A stretch of 64,000 bases of DNA from Anaerolineae bacterium (GTDB lineage: Bacteria; Chloroflexota; Anaerolineae; B4-G1; SLSP01). This document shows positions 19,169 through 28,016 of the stretch, in pieces (positions within the stretch are counted from its first letter, which is position 1; every line of letters begins with the position of its first letter). A program made the translations under genes and the position numbers. The notes below the pieces were generated by a model, which made no database searches, had not been told where the DNA came from, and saw nothing but the letters and a program-made list of their open reading frames with translations. The stretch is from NCBI GenBank assembly GCA_016931315.1, contig JAFGFB010000214.1:8353-72352 (forward strand), given 5' to 3'.

Positions 19169-21578
19169 TCACAGGTTCGCCACACCGGGAGCAGAAACGA
19201 CTGTTAGGCCGTAGTTCGGCTCCACAACGACGGCAGTAATGCACCGGTGCTTTGAAATCCAGAGGCGAACCACAAGCCGCACAAAAACGCGCGCCCGGTC
19301 GCGCCCGCGCCCCGCACACCGGGCAGACTGGGGTCGCAACCGGCTTCACCGCAGATGGGGGTTGTGGGCCTTCAGGCGGCTTAGGCACCGAACCAACTCG
19401 CTCCGTCGCCGGCAACTCGAGCGATGCCGGAGGTAAGGGCTGCGGTGCGGGCCGAACAGGGGGCGTCCGGGGCGGCATAGCTGGGCTTGCGGGCCCCGGT
19501 CGTGCAGCCCCTGGGCTTGCAGGCGGCGGATAGGACGGACGCAACGGTTGATAGGGCATGGCACGCTGGGCGGGGGTCCGCCCACTGCGTACCACAATGA
19601 CCACGGCAGCCAACAAGAAACCCGCTCCGGTACACCCCAAACCACCTATGAACAAACCCCAGAGTACCGTCCCGGCGTTGGAAGAACCTTCTTCCAACGG
19701 GCTTTCTTCAGGTATCTCTAGCGTGACAAATGCCACAGCTGTAGCAGTGGCGGTGGGCGGGAGAGGCGTTGTAGCAACAGGATCGGATACCGCTTCTGCA
19801 GTAGGGGTGGGTGGCAATACCAGGCCCGGTACGGCTGCAGGCAATTGTAGGCGACCATGTCCAAAACCTGTATCTGGACCTGTTGGGCCAAAATCCAACG
19901 CATTGACCAGCAAGTAATCTTTCACCTGTTCGCGAGTAAAACCCGGGTTTGCCTCCCAAACCAGCGCTGCTGCTCCCGCAACATGTGGGGTGGAAGCCGA
20001 AGTCCCATCAAACCCAGACTCCCCATAGGTCGCGCCAGAAACCCCCGCAGGTGCGGACATATCGGGCTTCAGCCGTCCATCCGTCGTAGGTCCCTGAGAA
20101 CTATAACTTGCCAGGCGATCGTTCCACCAGTTTGTAGCCCCCACAGTGAGCGCGTTCGCAGCATCGCCGGGCGAGCTGACACTATATGCGGATGAGGACT
20201 GCCCCACTTCTGCATTTGACCCATGAACAAAGATATCCAAAGTCACGGGCTGAGTGACATTGAATGCCTGCACAGCGGCGTAGACGGTGTCACCATCTGT
20301 GCGCACCCACGCCACCTCAGCCGGTCTCTGCCCCAGCGTGCCGTCCTGCGGTTCTTCCGAAGTTGCCAGCACAGTCCCCTGATCATCCACAATCACCAAT
20401 TCCAAATCTTGCACGGGTCGCTGCCAGTCATCCTCCCATACCAGATAGACTTCGACTTCATCGAGGCTATAAACAGGTAAAACCTCATCACCAACGGAGA
20501 ATTCGTGATAACCATCCCCATCTTCATCGGCGAAAATTCCACGATGATGTGTGAGAGCCTCATTGCCAGCAGAGTTTACCCAGAGAATGCCCTCGGCAGC
20601 GGTCTCGTCCACCAGATGCGTCCCCCACCCGGTTCCATCTCTGGGACTAACCACAGCGCCAACCGAGTGGGAAATGATATTGACCTGTTGCGTACGCAAC
20701 CATTCCACCGCTTCGCCGAGCGCAGCGTCCGAGCCATCATACCAGGCGAAAAAAAGAGTCGCCTCTGGGGCGACCTCATGAATGATTTCAGCGCAGGCGG
20801 CGCCATGGACTTCTGCGGCATCATACCAACCAAAGGTCTGCAACGTCACATTCGCAGGCAATTCGGTGCCGAGCAGCGCTTCGTAGCCCGCGAACCCCAA
20901 ATCCAGCACGCCGATGCGCAGGCCAGCCCCCGTAAAACCCGCAGCGTGCCACGCATCTGCACCTACCAGACTCACACCCTCACCGAGAATGTCACCTTGA
21001 GGATTCAGACTCTCCGGCTTGCGAGTCTCAGGCAAACGCACAGCGATGACATGCTCTAATTGCGTGAGTTGTTGAAAAACCGAGGCAGTATCCTCGCCGG
21101 CTTCCTGTGAGAGAAACTGTTCCTCAATGAGCGCCAATGGAACAGAGACATTGACCCGGTCACGGTAGGCACTGACAACATCAATGCCAGCCGCGCGCAA
21201 TTCCTCAGTCAGAGCGGTATTGTCCTCGGTGTCCAACACCAGGGTTACCCGCAGATTAAGCCCATCGGGTGTGAACAACCCACGCTCCTGCGCAAGCGCC
21301 GCCGCCGCCTCGCGACCTCCCGTCTGATAGGCAACCAAAAATTCCTTGTAGACCGCATCCAGTTGCGCATCATTCAGCAGCGGTGCAATCTGAGGATACT
21401 TTTCTGCCAGTTCTGTCAATGATGGCAACGGGGTCAGGTCAGTCAAATCAGGGACTTCTGACAAGGATATCTGAGGCAACAGAACATTCGGCCTAAGAAA
21501 GAAAAACAAGGCTATAGCCGTACCCAGAAGGATAACGCCACCCCCTAGCAGCAATACGAGCATTGATTTCTTTTTCAT
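19152..21578 (-). CDS. bitopic S8 (subtilisin-like) serine protease with a cytoplasmic Pro-rich tail and two C-terminal zinc ribbons
   Basis: Catalytic triad contexts GVLDLGF (Asp), HGAACAEI (His) and GTSASTPHVAGAAAL (Ser). N-terminal signal anchor and a second TM (LFIGGLGCTGAGFLLAAVVIVV). Ribbons CPVCGARARPGARFCAACG and CRRCGAELRPNSRFCSRCG. ATG at 21578. Confidence 0.9.
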   Translation of the reverse strand: MKKKSMLVLLLGGGVILLGTAIALFFFLRPNVLLPQISLSEVPDLTDLTPLPSLTELAEKYPQIAPLLNDAQLDAVYKEFLVAYQTGGREAAAALAQERGLFTPDGLNLRVTLVLDTEDNTALTEELRAAGIDVVSAYRDRVNVSVPLALIEEQFLSQEAGEDTASVFQQLTQLEHVIAVRLPETRKPESLNPQGDILGEGVSLVGADAWHAAGFTGAGLRIGVLDLGFAGYEALLGTELPANVTLQTFGWYDAAEVHGAACAEIIHEVAPEATLFFAWYDGSDAALGEAVEWLRTQQVNIISHSVGAVVSPRDGTGWGTHLVDETAAEGILWVNSAGNEALTHHRGIFADEDGDGYHEFSVGDEVLPVYSLDEVEVYLVWEDDWQRPVQDLELVIVDDQGTVLATSEEPQDGTLGQRPAEVAWVRTDGDTVYAAVQAFNVTQPVTLDIFVHGSNAEVGQSSSAYSVSSPGDAANALTVGATNWWNDRLASYSSQGPTTDGRLKPDMSAPAGVSGATYGESGFDGTSASTPHVAGAAALVWEANPGFTREQVKDYLLVNALDFGPTGPDTGFGHGRLQLPAAVPGLVLPPTPTAEAVSDPVATTPLPPTATATAVAFVTLEIPEESPLEEGSSNAGTVLWGLFIGGLGCTGAGFLLAAVVIVVRSGRTPAQRAMPYQPLRPSYPPPASPGAARPGPASPAMPPRTPPVRPAPQPLPPASLELPATERVGSVPKPPEGPQPPSAVKPVATPVCPVCGARARPGARFCAACGSPLDFKAPVHYCRRCGAELRPNSRFCSRCGEPVINREE

Positions 21579-21596
21579 GAACCTGATCACCTGCCA

Positions 21597-22628
21597 TCAA
21601 AAAGCTATACCAATAACGATTTCCGATGATGTGCGCCGGTCAAGGTAGGGTGAACTCTCTTGTACTTCGAAAGTAACACCCGCCCACACACGAGCGATAC
21701 CCACACGCCTGCCTTCAAGTCGAAACACCACCGTCTGTTCAGCGCCAGGCTCTAGCAACCCCGCTTGTTCAATGACCAGTGGTCCCACAGCTTCTGAAGC
21801 AACCAGCAGATCATCCCAAGACCCCTCTAGCGAATAGCGCATTCGCCCCAGGGCCACTTCACCAGTATTGACCAACGTCACCGTAAACAACACCGGTTCA
21901 CCAATGCGCACCGCCTGTGCTGAAGCGGTCAACACCACCCTGGCATCCGAAAGGCCAGAAGGTGTGATAGGAACAGTTGCCGTTAAGGTAGGTGTTGGCA
22001 GGGATAATGTCTGCGTGAGCGTAGCTATGGGTAAGGGCGCATCCAGTGTGGATGTGGGCAATAATACGGGAGGCAAAGCAGGTGGAGTTATCGTAGGGTT
22101 GGGCAAAGCGGTTTGTAGTGGAGCATCAGGAGTGTCCATTGCCGCCGGTGTGATTGTGGCTTGTTCAGCCCCCCCCACAAAGGGCAAGCGACCCTGGCGT
22201 AACCACGTTGCCATCGTCACTAACGCAAGAACGACACACCCTAAGAATATCAGCCCCCCCAATACAATCCACAGCGTTTGCGGTGTGCGAGTCGCTGGCG
22301 CAGGCACCGGCATCAAGCCATAATCCGGCACGACTGCAGGCTCTGAGCGCAACGCCGCATTTCCTGCCGCTTCAACTGAAGCGCGCTCGGCTGGAGACGA
22401 TGGTGGCGAGGCGACTTTGGGCGTTGAAGCATCAAGGGCAGCCCCACACCGGGGACAAAAGCGCCCCCCCGCTTTCACAGTTGCGCCACAAGCGGGGCAG
22501 ACTACCGAAGGCGGCGTCCCATCCGGTGCTGGGGGGGCACTCGCTGGAGTCACCGCAAGCGGATAACCACACTTGCGACAGAAGCGCACCTCTGGGCGAT
22601 TTTCAGTGCCGCAATTTGAACACCGCAT
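21597..22628 (-). CDS. double zinc-ribbon / TM / CARDB-DUF11-like Ig-fold protein
   Basis: MRCSNCGTENRPEVRFCRKCG and CPACGATVKAGGRFCPRCG, one TM, then an extracytoplasmic beta-rich domain (GEPVLFTVTLVNTGEVAL). AGGAGGG RBS. Confidence 0.75.
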   Translation of the reverse strand: MRCSNCGTENRPEVRFCRKCGYPLAVTPASAPPAPDGTPPSVVCPACGATVKAGGRFCPRCGAALDASTPKVASPPSSPAERASVEAAGNAALRSEPAVVPDYGLMPVPAPATRTPQTLWIVLGGLIFLGCVVLALVTMATWLRQGRLPFVGGAEQATITPAAMDTPDAPLQTALPNPTITPPALPPVLLPTSTLDAPLPIATLTQTLSLPTPTLTATVPITPSGLSDARVVLTASAQAVRIGEPVLFTVTLVNTGEVALGRMRYSLEGSWDDLLVASEAVGPLVIEQAGLLEPGAEQTVVFRLEGRRVGIARVWAGVTFEVQESSPYLDRRTSSEIVIGIAF

Positions 22629-22651
22629 CGCAATCCCTCCTATGTCACCTG

Positions 22652-23179
22652 CTACTCACGTTGTGCCAGATAGAGTCGCAACGATGTCTCATCGCTGGCA
22701 ACCGCCACCACTTCAAGCCCTTTCGAACCGACGCGTCCCACTAACTCTGTGTTCACAATATCATTCATTTCGTCCATAACACTACCTGGAACCAGGCGCA
22801 GCAGCGAGAGCCGCCCCATCTTCACATGCAACAATTGCACAGCCATACCGCCAGCCCCATCAGCGCGAAAAGCCACAGCGCCACGCGCCACGGGCTTGAA
22901 AGGGCCGGCTGCCAGCTGTACACCAAAGGTCGCTGCACCACCAGGCTGCATGTCCACATTCCCGGCAGTCAACGCATTGCTGGATTCCAGCATTACGCGA
23001 TTGATATACGTCTCCTCAATGATAACTTCCATATCATAGGCTGGCAACGGAGGTAAAGGCCCCACCGTAGATTCTTTGTCCAAAACTCTAACCAGGAGCC
23101 AGCCCCCCACAACACCGGCTACCAGGCCCAGAAACACGCCCCCCAGCAACAACAACCCTGATTTCAGCTGTGTGTTCAT
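22652..23179 (-). CDS. membrane-anchored DUF2993/LmeA-like protein (low-confidence family call)
   Basis: N-terminal TM followed by a beta-rich domain paralogous to the C-terminus of the upstream gene (shared E.Y.N....D.QP...T.DE..L.L pattern). Confidence 0.45.
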   Translation of the reverse strand: MNTQLKSGLLLLGGVFLGLVAGVVGGWLLVRVLDKESTVGPLPPLPAYDMEVIIEETYINRVMLESSNALTAGNVDMQPGGAATFGVQLAAGPFKPVARGAVAFRADGAGGMAVQLLHVKMGRLSLLRLVPGSVMDEMNDIVNTELVGRVGSKGLEVVAVASDETSLRLYLAQRE

Positions 23180-23193
23180 GCCTGTACTCCAGG

Positions 23194-24045
23194 TTATAAT
23201 CGCGCTTTGAGGATGATGTGCTCTTCATCCGTTGTAATATCCAACAACCGCGAACCCTCACCAAGTTCGTTTTCCAGTTGTTCGCGCAAGGCACGGGTGA
23301 AATTTTTACCTAACGTGACCTCATCCATATTCAGGAATTGCATAAGGTCGCTCCCGCCGGCGACAATGTCTTCGATACTCACCACGATTTCACCATCCAC
23401 AACAGAGAGCCGCGCCATGATTTTGAGCTCCAGGGAAACAAAAACCAGGTCGAAGTTCGCTGTAGTCATAAGAAGATTGTTGGGTTGAACATCCAGAGAT
23501 GCGTCCTTCAAACCCTTCTCGGGCAGAATTGCAACAAGGTTCTCGTTCAGATAAGCTTCGCGTACCAGGATGGTAATATCGTGTCCATTCGGATCGCCAA
23601 GGATCGCAGCAGGAGGTGTATCGTTCAGCCCCGGTAGCAACCCCAATGCCAACACACCACAACAGCTCAGACAAAACATCAATCCCAGAGCCACCAACGC
23701 TAACCACCATCCCACAATACTGCGCTCTGCACGCTTAGCATTTGCAGGCTTTGATAGCCCAGAGCCAACCAGTTTCACAGGAGGGCGTATTGCATCGCGA
23801 TCTGCAGAAACGGGAACGGGCGCTGCTGGTTGAACAGGTTGGTGCTCCTGCGGTGACGCTGACCCCGGGCGTGGTGTACACTCATGACCACAACGCGCAC
23901 AGAAGCGTGCACCCGGCTTTAGCGCCGCGCCACATACAGGACAAGTCAATATTACAGGAGGCGATGCACCCTGCAATACATGTCCACAACGCTTGCAGAA
24001 ACGCGCATCCTCACGGTTTTCGAAACCGCACTGCGGGCATTGCAT
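23194..24045 (-). CDS. double zinc-ribbon / TM / DUF2993-like protein
   Basis: MQCPQCGFENREDARFCKRCG and CPVCGAALKPGARFCARCG, one TM (WWLALVALGLMFCLSCCGVLALGLL), and a C-terminal domain like gene 22652-23179. ATG at 24045 with AAGGGGG RBS. Confidence 0.75.
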   Translation of the reverse strand: MQCPQCGFENREDARFCKRCGHVLQGASPPVILTCPVCGAALKPGARFCARCGHECTPRPGSASPQEHQPVQPAAPVPVSADRDAIRPPVKLVGSGLSKPANAKRAERSIVGWWLALVALGLMFCLSCCGVLALGLLPGLNDTPPAAILGDPNGHDITILVREAYLNENLVAILPEKGLKDASLDVQPNNLLMTTANFDLVFVSLELKIMARLSVVDGEIVVSIEDIVAGGSDLMQFLNMDEVTLGKNFTRALREQLENELGEGSRLLDITTDEEHIILKARL

Positions 24046-24071
24046 CGGACGCCCCCTTTCTATAGAAAACC

Positions 24072-25820
24072 TCAATCCGAAATCGTCCAGTCCAGGTCTG
24101 ACTGGAAATCCACCTCGAACTCCGAAACCAGATCATTACCCTCACAATCTTGCGTTAGCAAATCGTACGTTCCCGGAGTGAAAAAGAATACCCGCTGCCC
24201 CCCTCCGGAATCAATAGACTCACTCTCGCCAAGCCAATCATCACCCCAAGAATCCGCCGTAGTCGAGGAAATGTAAACATAGCAGATTTCATCGCTGGAA
24301 TCATTGATCAGATGCAGCGAAACTAATCCCATGCCGCCCACATCCAACGTAGTATCCTGGCTAATCTTCCAGGCAGTAGCAAGCACCACATCATCGCAAT
24401 CGCTAAGCTTGACATCATAGGTACCCGCCGGAACATCAAATACCCGCGAATCACCTGAATAGATCAGATCTTCCTCGCCAAGCCAGTCTTCACCCCAGCT
24501 GTCACTATCAGAAGCGGAGATTTGAACATAGCAGACGTCATAATCGCTGTAATTAGCAACGGTGAGCTGGAAAGCCCCGGCAGAGGGAACAGTGGTGAGT
24601 TCCGGTTCCGTGGGAGCCACAGTCGGAGAAGGCGCGCGCGACGTAGGCGTCTGCAATTCCGGCAGTGGAGTCGGATTCACACGAGTAACGGCAGTAGCGG
24701 TAGGCATCTCAGTCGGGCTAGCGAAAAAGCCACTTCCGCGAATCAGGAACAGCGCACCGCAAACGACACTTGCGCCAAGAATGAGCACGCCAAGTCCTCC
24801 AATAATCCAAACCCAGGGGGAGAGTCGTTTTTTGGGTGGGGCATCCCGGCCCCCAGGCATAGCAGCAGCCGAATTATTGCCCACTGACAATGGAGAATGG
24901 CCCGACACCCCTGGCGCCGGAGGGGGAGTGCTGACCGGTTGATAAACCGGGCTAACTGCAGCCGGAATAGTAGCCGGAAAAGGTTGCGCCACGCGCTGAC
25001 TCACCAGAGCATCCGTCATCGCAGCCGCCGTGGGGAAACGGCGATCCAATTGAAGTTCCATCGCCCGCGAAATAATCGCTTCCAGAGAGGGCGAAATCTG
25101 CCCATTAATAGCGCGTGGCGTCTTAAAAGCGCCTGGCATTGCCATGCGCTGCGTGGCTGTTGCCGGCGCCTGCCCGGTAAGCGCATGATAGAGTGTCGCC
25201 CCAAGGCTATAGAGGTCACTGCGGGCATCCGTATGGCTACTATGGGTATCATACTGCTCCGGCGGCGCATATTCCGGCGTACCCATACCGCGCATAATCG
25301 TCTGCGTACGTGGATCATTCGGATTCCACAGCTTCACCAAACCAAAATCCACCAACACCGCTTTACCGGTCGCATGAATGATCACATTCTGAGGTTTGAT
25401 ATCGCGATGAATGATGCCTTCCGCATGACAGTATGCCAGAGCATCCAGCAACTGCCTGCCCCACGCAACAACTTGCGCTTCGGATTGTGCCCCTTCGCGC
25501 AGCAGTTTATCCGCCAGGCTCTCGCCCAGCACAAAATCCATCACCAGATAGGCATTGCTACCCTCTTCAAAGAAATCGGTCACCCGTACCAGATTGGGAT
25601 GATTGAGTCGCGCAAGAATCGTCGCTTCCTGACGGAATTGGTCGCGTAAACCGGCGAGCGTAGCCTGATCCAAACCGGGTTGGGGGCGCATTTCCTTAAG
25701 CGCAACCGCGACATTCAAACGCGTATCCCAGGCGCGATAAACCGCTCCCATACCGCCCTCACCCAACAGGGCCACAATGCGATAACGTTCCTGCAATAAT
25801 TGTCCAGGCTCAAGTGCCAT
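24072..25820 (-). CDS. Ser/Thr protein kinase K1 (family A) with TM and two tandem Cys/Trp-motif ectodomains
   Basis: GEGGMGAVY, VALKEM, HRDIKPQN, DFGLVK and GTPEYAPPE. TM WVWIIGGLGVLILGASVVCGALFLI. GGAGG RBS. Confidence 0.95.
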   Translation of the reverse strand: MALEPGQLLQERYRIVALLGEGGMGAVYRAWDTRLNVAVALKEMRPQPGLDQATLAGLRDQFRQEATILARLNHPNLVRVTDFFEEGSNAYLVMDFVLGESLADKLLREGAQSEAQVVAWGRQLLDALAYCHAEGIIHRDIKPQNVIIHATGKAVLVDFGLVKLWNPNDPRTQTIMRGMGTPEYAPPEQYDTHSSHTDARSDLYSLGATLYHALTGQAPATATQRMAMPGAFKTPRAINGQISPSLEAIISRAMELQLDRRFPTAAAMTDALVSQRVAQPFPATIPAAVSPVYQPVSTPPPAPGVSGHSPLSVGNNSAAAMPGGRDAPPKKRLSPWVWIIGGLGVLILGASVVCGALFLIRGSGFFASPTEMPTATAVTRVNPTPLPELQTPTSRAPSPTVAPTEPELTTVPSAGAFQLTVANYSDYDVCYVQISASDSDSWGEDWLGEEDLIYSGDSRVFDVPAGTYDVKLSDCDDVVLATAWKISQDTTLDVGGMGLVSLHLINDSSDEICYVYISSTTADSWGDDWLGESESIDSGGGQRVFFFTPGTYDLLTQDCEGNDLVSEFEVDFQSDLDWTISD

Positions 25821-25943
25821 AAAAAAAGCCTCCAGGTAGTATTTCAGCGCGAGAATCAGGACTAAAAGCCCGTAAATCTATAAGTTCCCGTTTTTACTGG
25901 AAAAACACACCGAATTCGGGAAGTTTTACTTTTCGGAACCCTG

Positions 25944-25992
25944 GTTTGGTTTTTCACCAAACATCTCAAAAACCGGTGTGCTTTTTGAGATG
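25944..25992 (-). terminator. two tandem AT-rich hairpins immediately after the K2 stop (candidate terminator)
   Basis: CATCTCAAAAA-N9-TTTTTGAGATG (11-bp stem) followed on the minus strand by GTTTGGT-gaaaa-ACCAAAC. The stems are AT-rich, so this is not a textbook terminator. Confidence 0.35.
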
Positions 25993-25997
25993 GCCCC

Positions 25998-27977
25998 TCA
26001 ATCATAAAACACGCCAAGCTCGTCCAGGTAAATCGCACCACGACTGGCTGAACCATCGGGAACACCATCAAGCACAAAAGCGAAAAATTGCGCCGGGAAA
26101 TCTAGCTGACCATTGTTCGTCCCAGCAATGGGACCATTGGGCCAACCAGCGCTATCGTCAAAACGCGCCGTCATCTGGCGCCAACCTTGATGTGACACCC
26201 GCCCAAACGTGTATTGGCGTATTTCACCAGCGCTATCCTTCACCCAGGCATTCAGGAAATGGCTTGAGCCATCACCATAAACCCAGGCCGTTAACCCTTT
26301 TGGCTGTCCACCCAATGAGATAGATGGATTGGCGCGAAAAACCACATAGTTCCGTTCTACTGCAGGGAAATCATACTCCAGTTTGCCAGATGAACCAGAA
26401 CGCACCTGCTCACCGGAGCGAGTCAACGTGCCAAAAGGCTCATCCCCGCGGCGCCAATCAATATCGCGGTCAAAATCCAGAAGCACGCCAGGGCGCGCGG
26501 GTGCAGAAGTGGCCGTAGGAGGGGCGACAGTAGCAGTTGCCGGGCGTGGTGTGGCGGTAGGTGCAAGCGTTGGCGCCGGCGTATCGGTGGGCGAGGGAGT
26601 CGAAGTGGGGGCAGATGTTGAAGTTGCAGCTGAGACCAAGGTTGGCGCTGCTGTGACATTAACCGGCGCCGGCGTCGCCGTAAATGTCAATGGAACCGAA
26701 GTTGCAGTTGCTGTTGCCTCGGCAATGAGGGTCATCTCAGAAGTCGGAGAACCCGGGAGCGTCCCACCGAAGAATTGGGCCAGAGGACCCACCCCCTCTG
26801 TTCCCGCATACACCAATCCCAAGCCTGCAATCAACAGCAGAATCAACCCCATAAGCGCCAAGTACAGGCCCGTTTTGCGATGTGCGGAGGCGACAGGAGC
26901 CCCTGCAGGAGCAGCAGGGGCAATACCTGCAGGTCCAACCCCATAAGGATAGCCATTCTGTCCCTGGGATAGGGGTTTCTGCGGCGGAATACCTTGAGAT
27001 GGCGCCGTTGGTGGCGGATAGTGCGTCAGACCATACGCAGGCGGTGGCGTTGCGACCGGTTGAGGATAAGGCGTCGTTGCCGGCGGCGTCGTTGCCGGCG
27101 GCTTCGGCATCGGCGGCGCCGTTGCCGGTGAGGGGGGACGTGCAACCGCGCGTCCTTTGCTGCGCAGCGCCTGGGCCATCGCCGCCGCCGATGGGAAACG
27201 GTATTCCACTGTCAATTCCAACGCCTGCAAGATGGCAGCATCCGTGGTAGCAGACAATTGCTGATTGAGAAGACGCGGGGGCTGGAAAGCAGCCCGCCGG
27301 GCAATGCGTTGCGTTGCTGTCGGCGGAGCCTGTCCGGTCAAGGCGTGATAGAGTGTCGCGCCGAGACTGTAAATATCGCTACGCGGATCGGTATGGCCGG
27401 ATTGCGTATCATATTGTTCCGGAGGGGCATATTCAGGTGTACCCAGCCCGCGCATGACGGTCTGAGTACGAGGATCAGTGGGGTTCCATAACTTCACCAG
27501 GCCAAAATCCACCAGAATAGCACGACCATCAGGCCGAATGATCACGTTCTGCGGTTTGATATCGCGGTGAATGATACCCTGCTCATGACAATACTCGAGC
27601 GCATCAAGCAATTGCTCAGCCCAGGTAAGCACCTGCACTTCGGGAAGTGCCCCCTGATGCTTGATAATGCCATCGAGGCTCTCTCCCTGAACAAAATCCA
27701 TCACCAGATAGGCATTCGGGCCTTCAAGGAAAAAGTCGGTCACACGCACCAAATAGGGATGGCTAAGCCGGGCCAGGACAGTCGCTTCCTGATAGAATTG
27801 CTCACGCAAGCGCTCCAGTAAAGCGGGCTCAGTTCCCGGTTGCGCCAGCATCTCTTTGAGCGCGATCGCGACATTCAACCGCGTATCCCAGGCGCGATAG
27901 ACCGCCCCCATCCCACCCTGCCCCAAGAGTGCAATCACGCGATAACGATTCTGTAATAGCTGCCCTGGTTGAAGCAT
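25998..27977 (-). CDS. Ser/Thr protein kinase K2 (family A) with TM, PT-rich linker and a beta-sandwich (CBM-like) ectodomain
   Basis: GQGGMGAVY, IALKEM, HRDIKPQN, DFGLVK and TPEYAPPE. ATG at 27977 with AAGGAAGGGG upstream. The ORF-track start at 28007 is a TTG. Confidence 0.95.
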   Translation of the reverse strand: MLQPGQLLQNRYRVIALLGQGGMGAVYRAWDTRLNVAIALKEMLAQPGTEPALLERLREQFYQEATVLARLSHPYLVRVTDFFLEGPNAYLVMDFVQGESLDGIIKHQGALPEVQVLTWAEQLLDALEYCHEQGIIHRDIKPQNVIIRPDGRAILVDFGLVKLWNPTDPRTQTVMRGLGTPEYAPPEQYDTQSGHTDPRSDIYSLGATLYHALTGQAPPTATQRIARRAAFQPPRLLNQQLSATTDAAILQALELTVEYRFPSAAAMAQALRSKGRAVARPPSPATAPPMPKPPATTPPATTPYPQPVATPPPAYGLTHYPPPTAPSQGIPPQKPLSQGQNGYPYGVGPAGIAPAAPAGAPVASAHRKTGLYLALMGLILLLIAGLGLVYAGTEGVGPLAQFFGGTLPGSPTSEMTLIAEATATATSVPLTFTATPAPVNVTAAPTLVSAATSTSAPTSTPSPTDTPAPTLAPTATPRPATATVAPPTATSAPARPGVLLDFDRDIDWRRGDEPFGTLTRSGEQVRSGSSGKLEYDFPAVERNYVVFRANPSISLGGQPKGLTAWVYGDGSSHFLNAWVKDSAGEIRQYTFGRVSHQGWRQMTARFDDSAGWPNGPIAGTNNGQLDFPAQFFAFVLDGVPDGSASRGAIYLDELGVFYD

Positions 27978-28016
27978 ATACCCCTTCCTTTCAACACGCG
28001 CTTGCAAAACCCCAAA

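Noticed and set aside
18379-19185. 268-aa minus-strand ORF covering the Crp/Fnr gene.
   Set aside because: The plus-strand frame has unmistakable cNMP-binding and HTH motifs plus a strong RBS. The antisense product is Ser/Arg/Cys-rich with no motifs.
26383-26946. 187-aa plus-strand ORF rich in GAGV repeats, and similar ones at 38020-38625 and 19252-19533.
   Set aside because: These are antisense images of the Pro/Thr/Ala-rich linkers of the kinases and the S8 tail. They reflect low complexity only.
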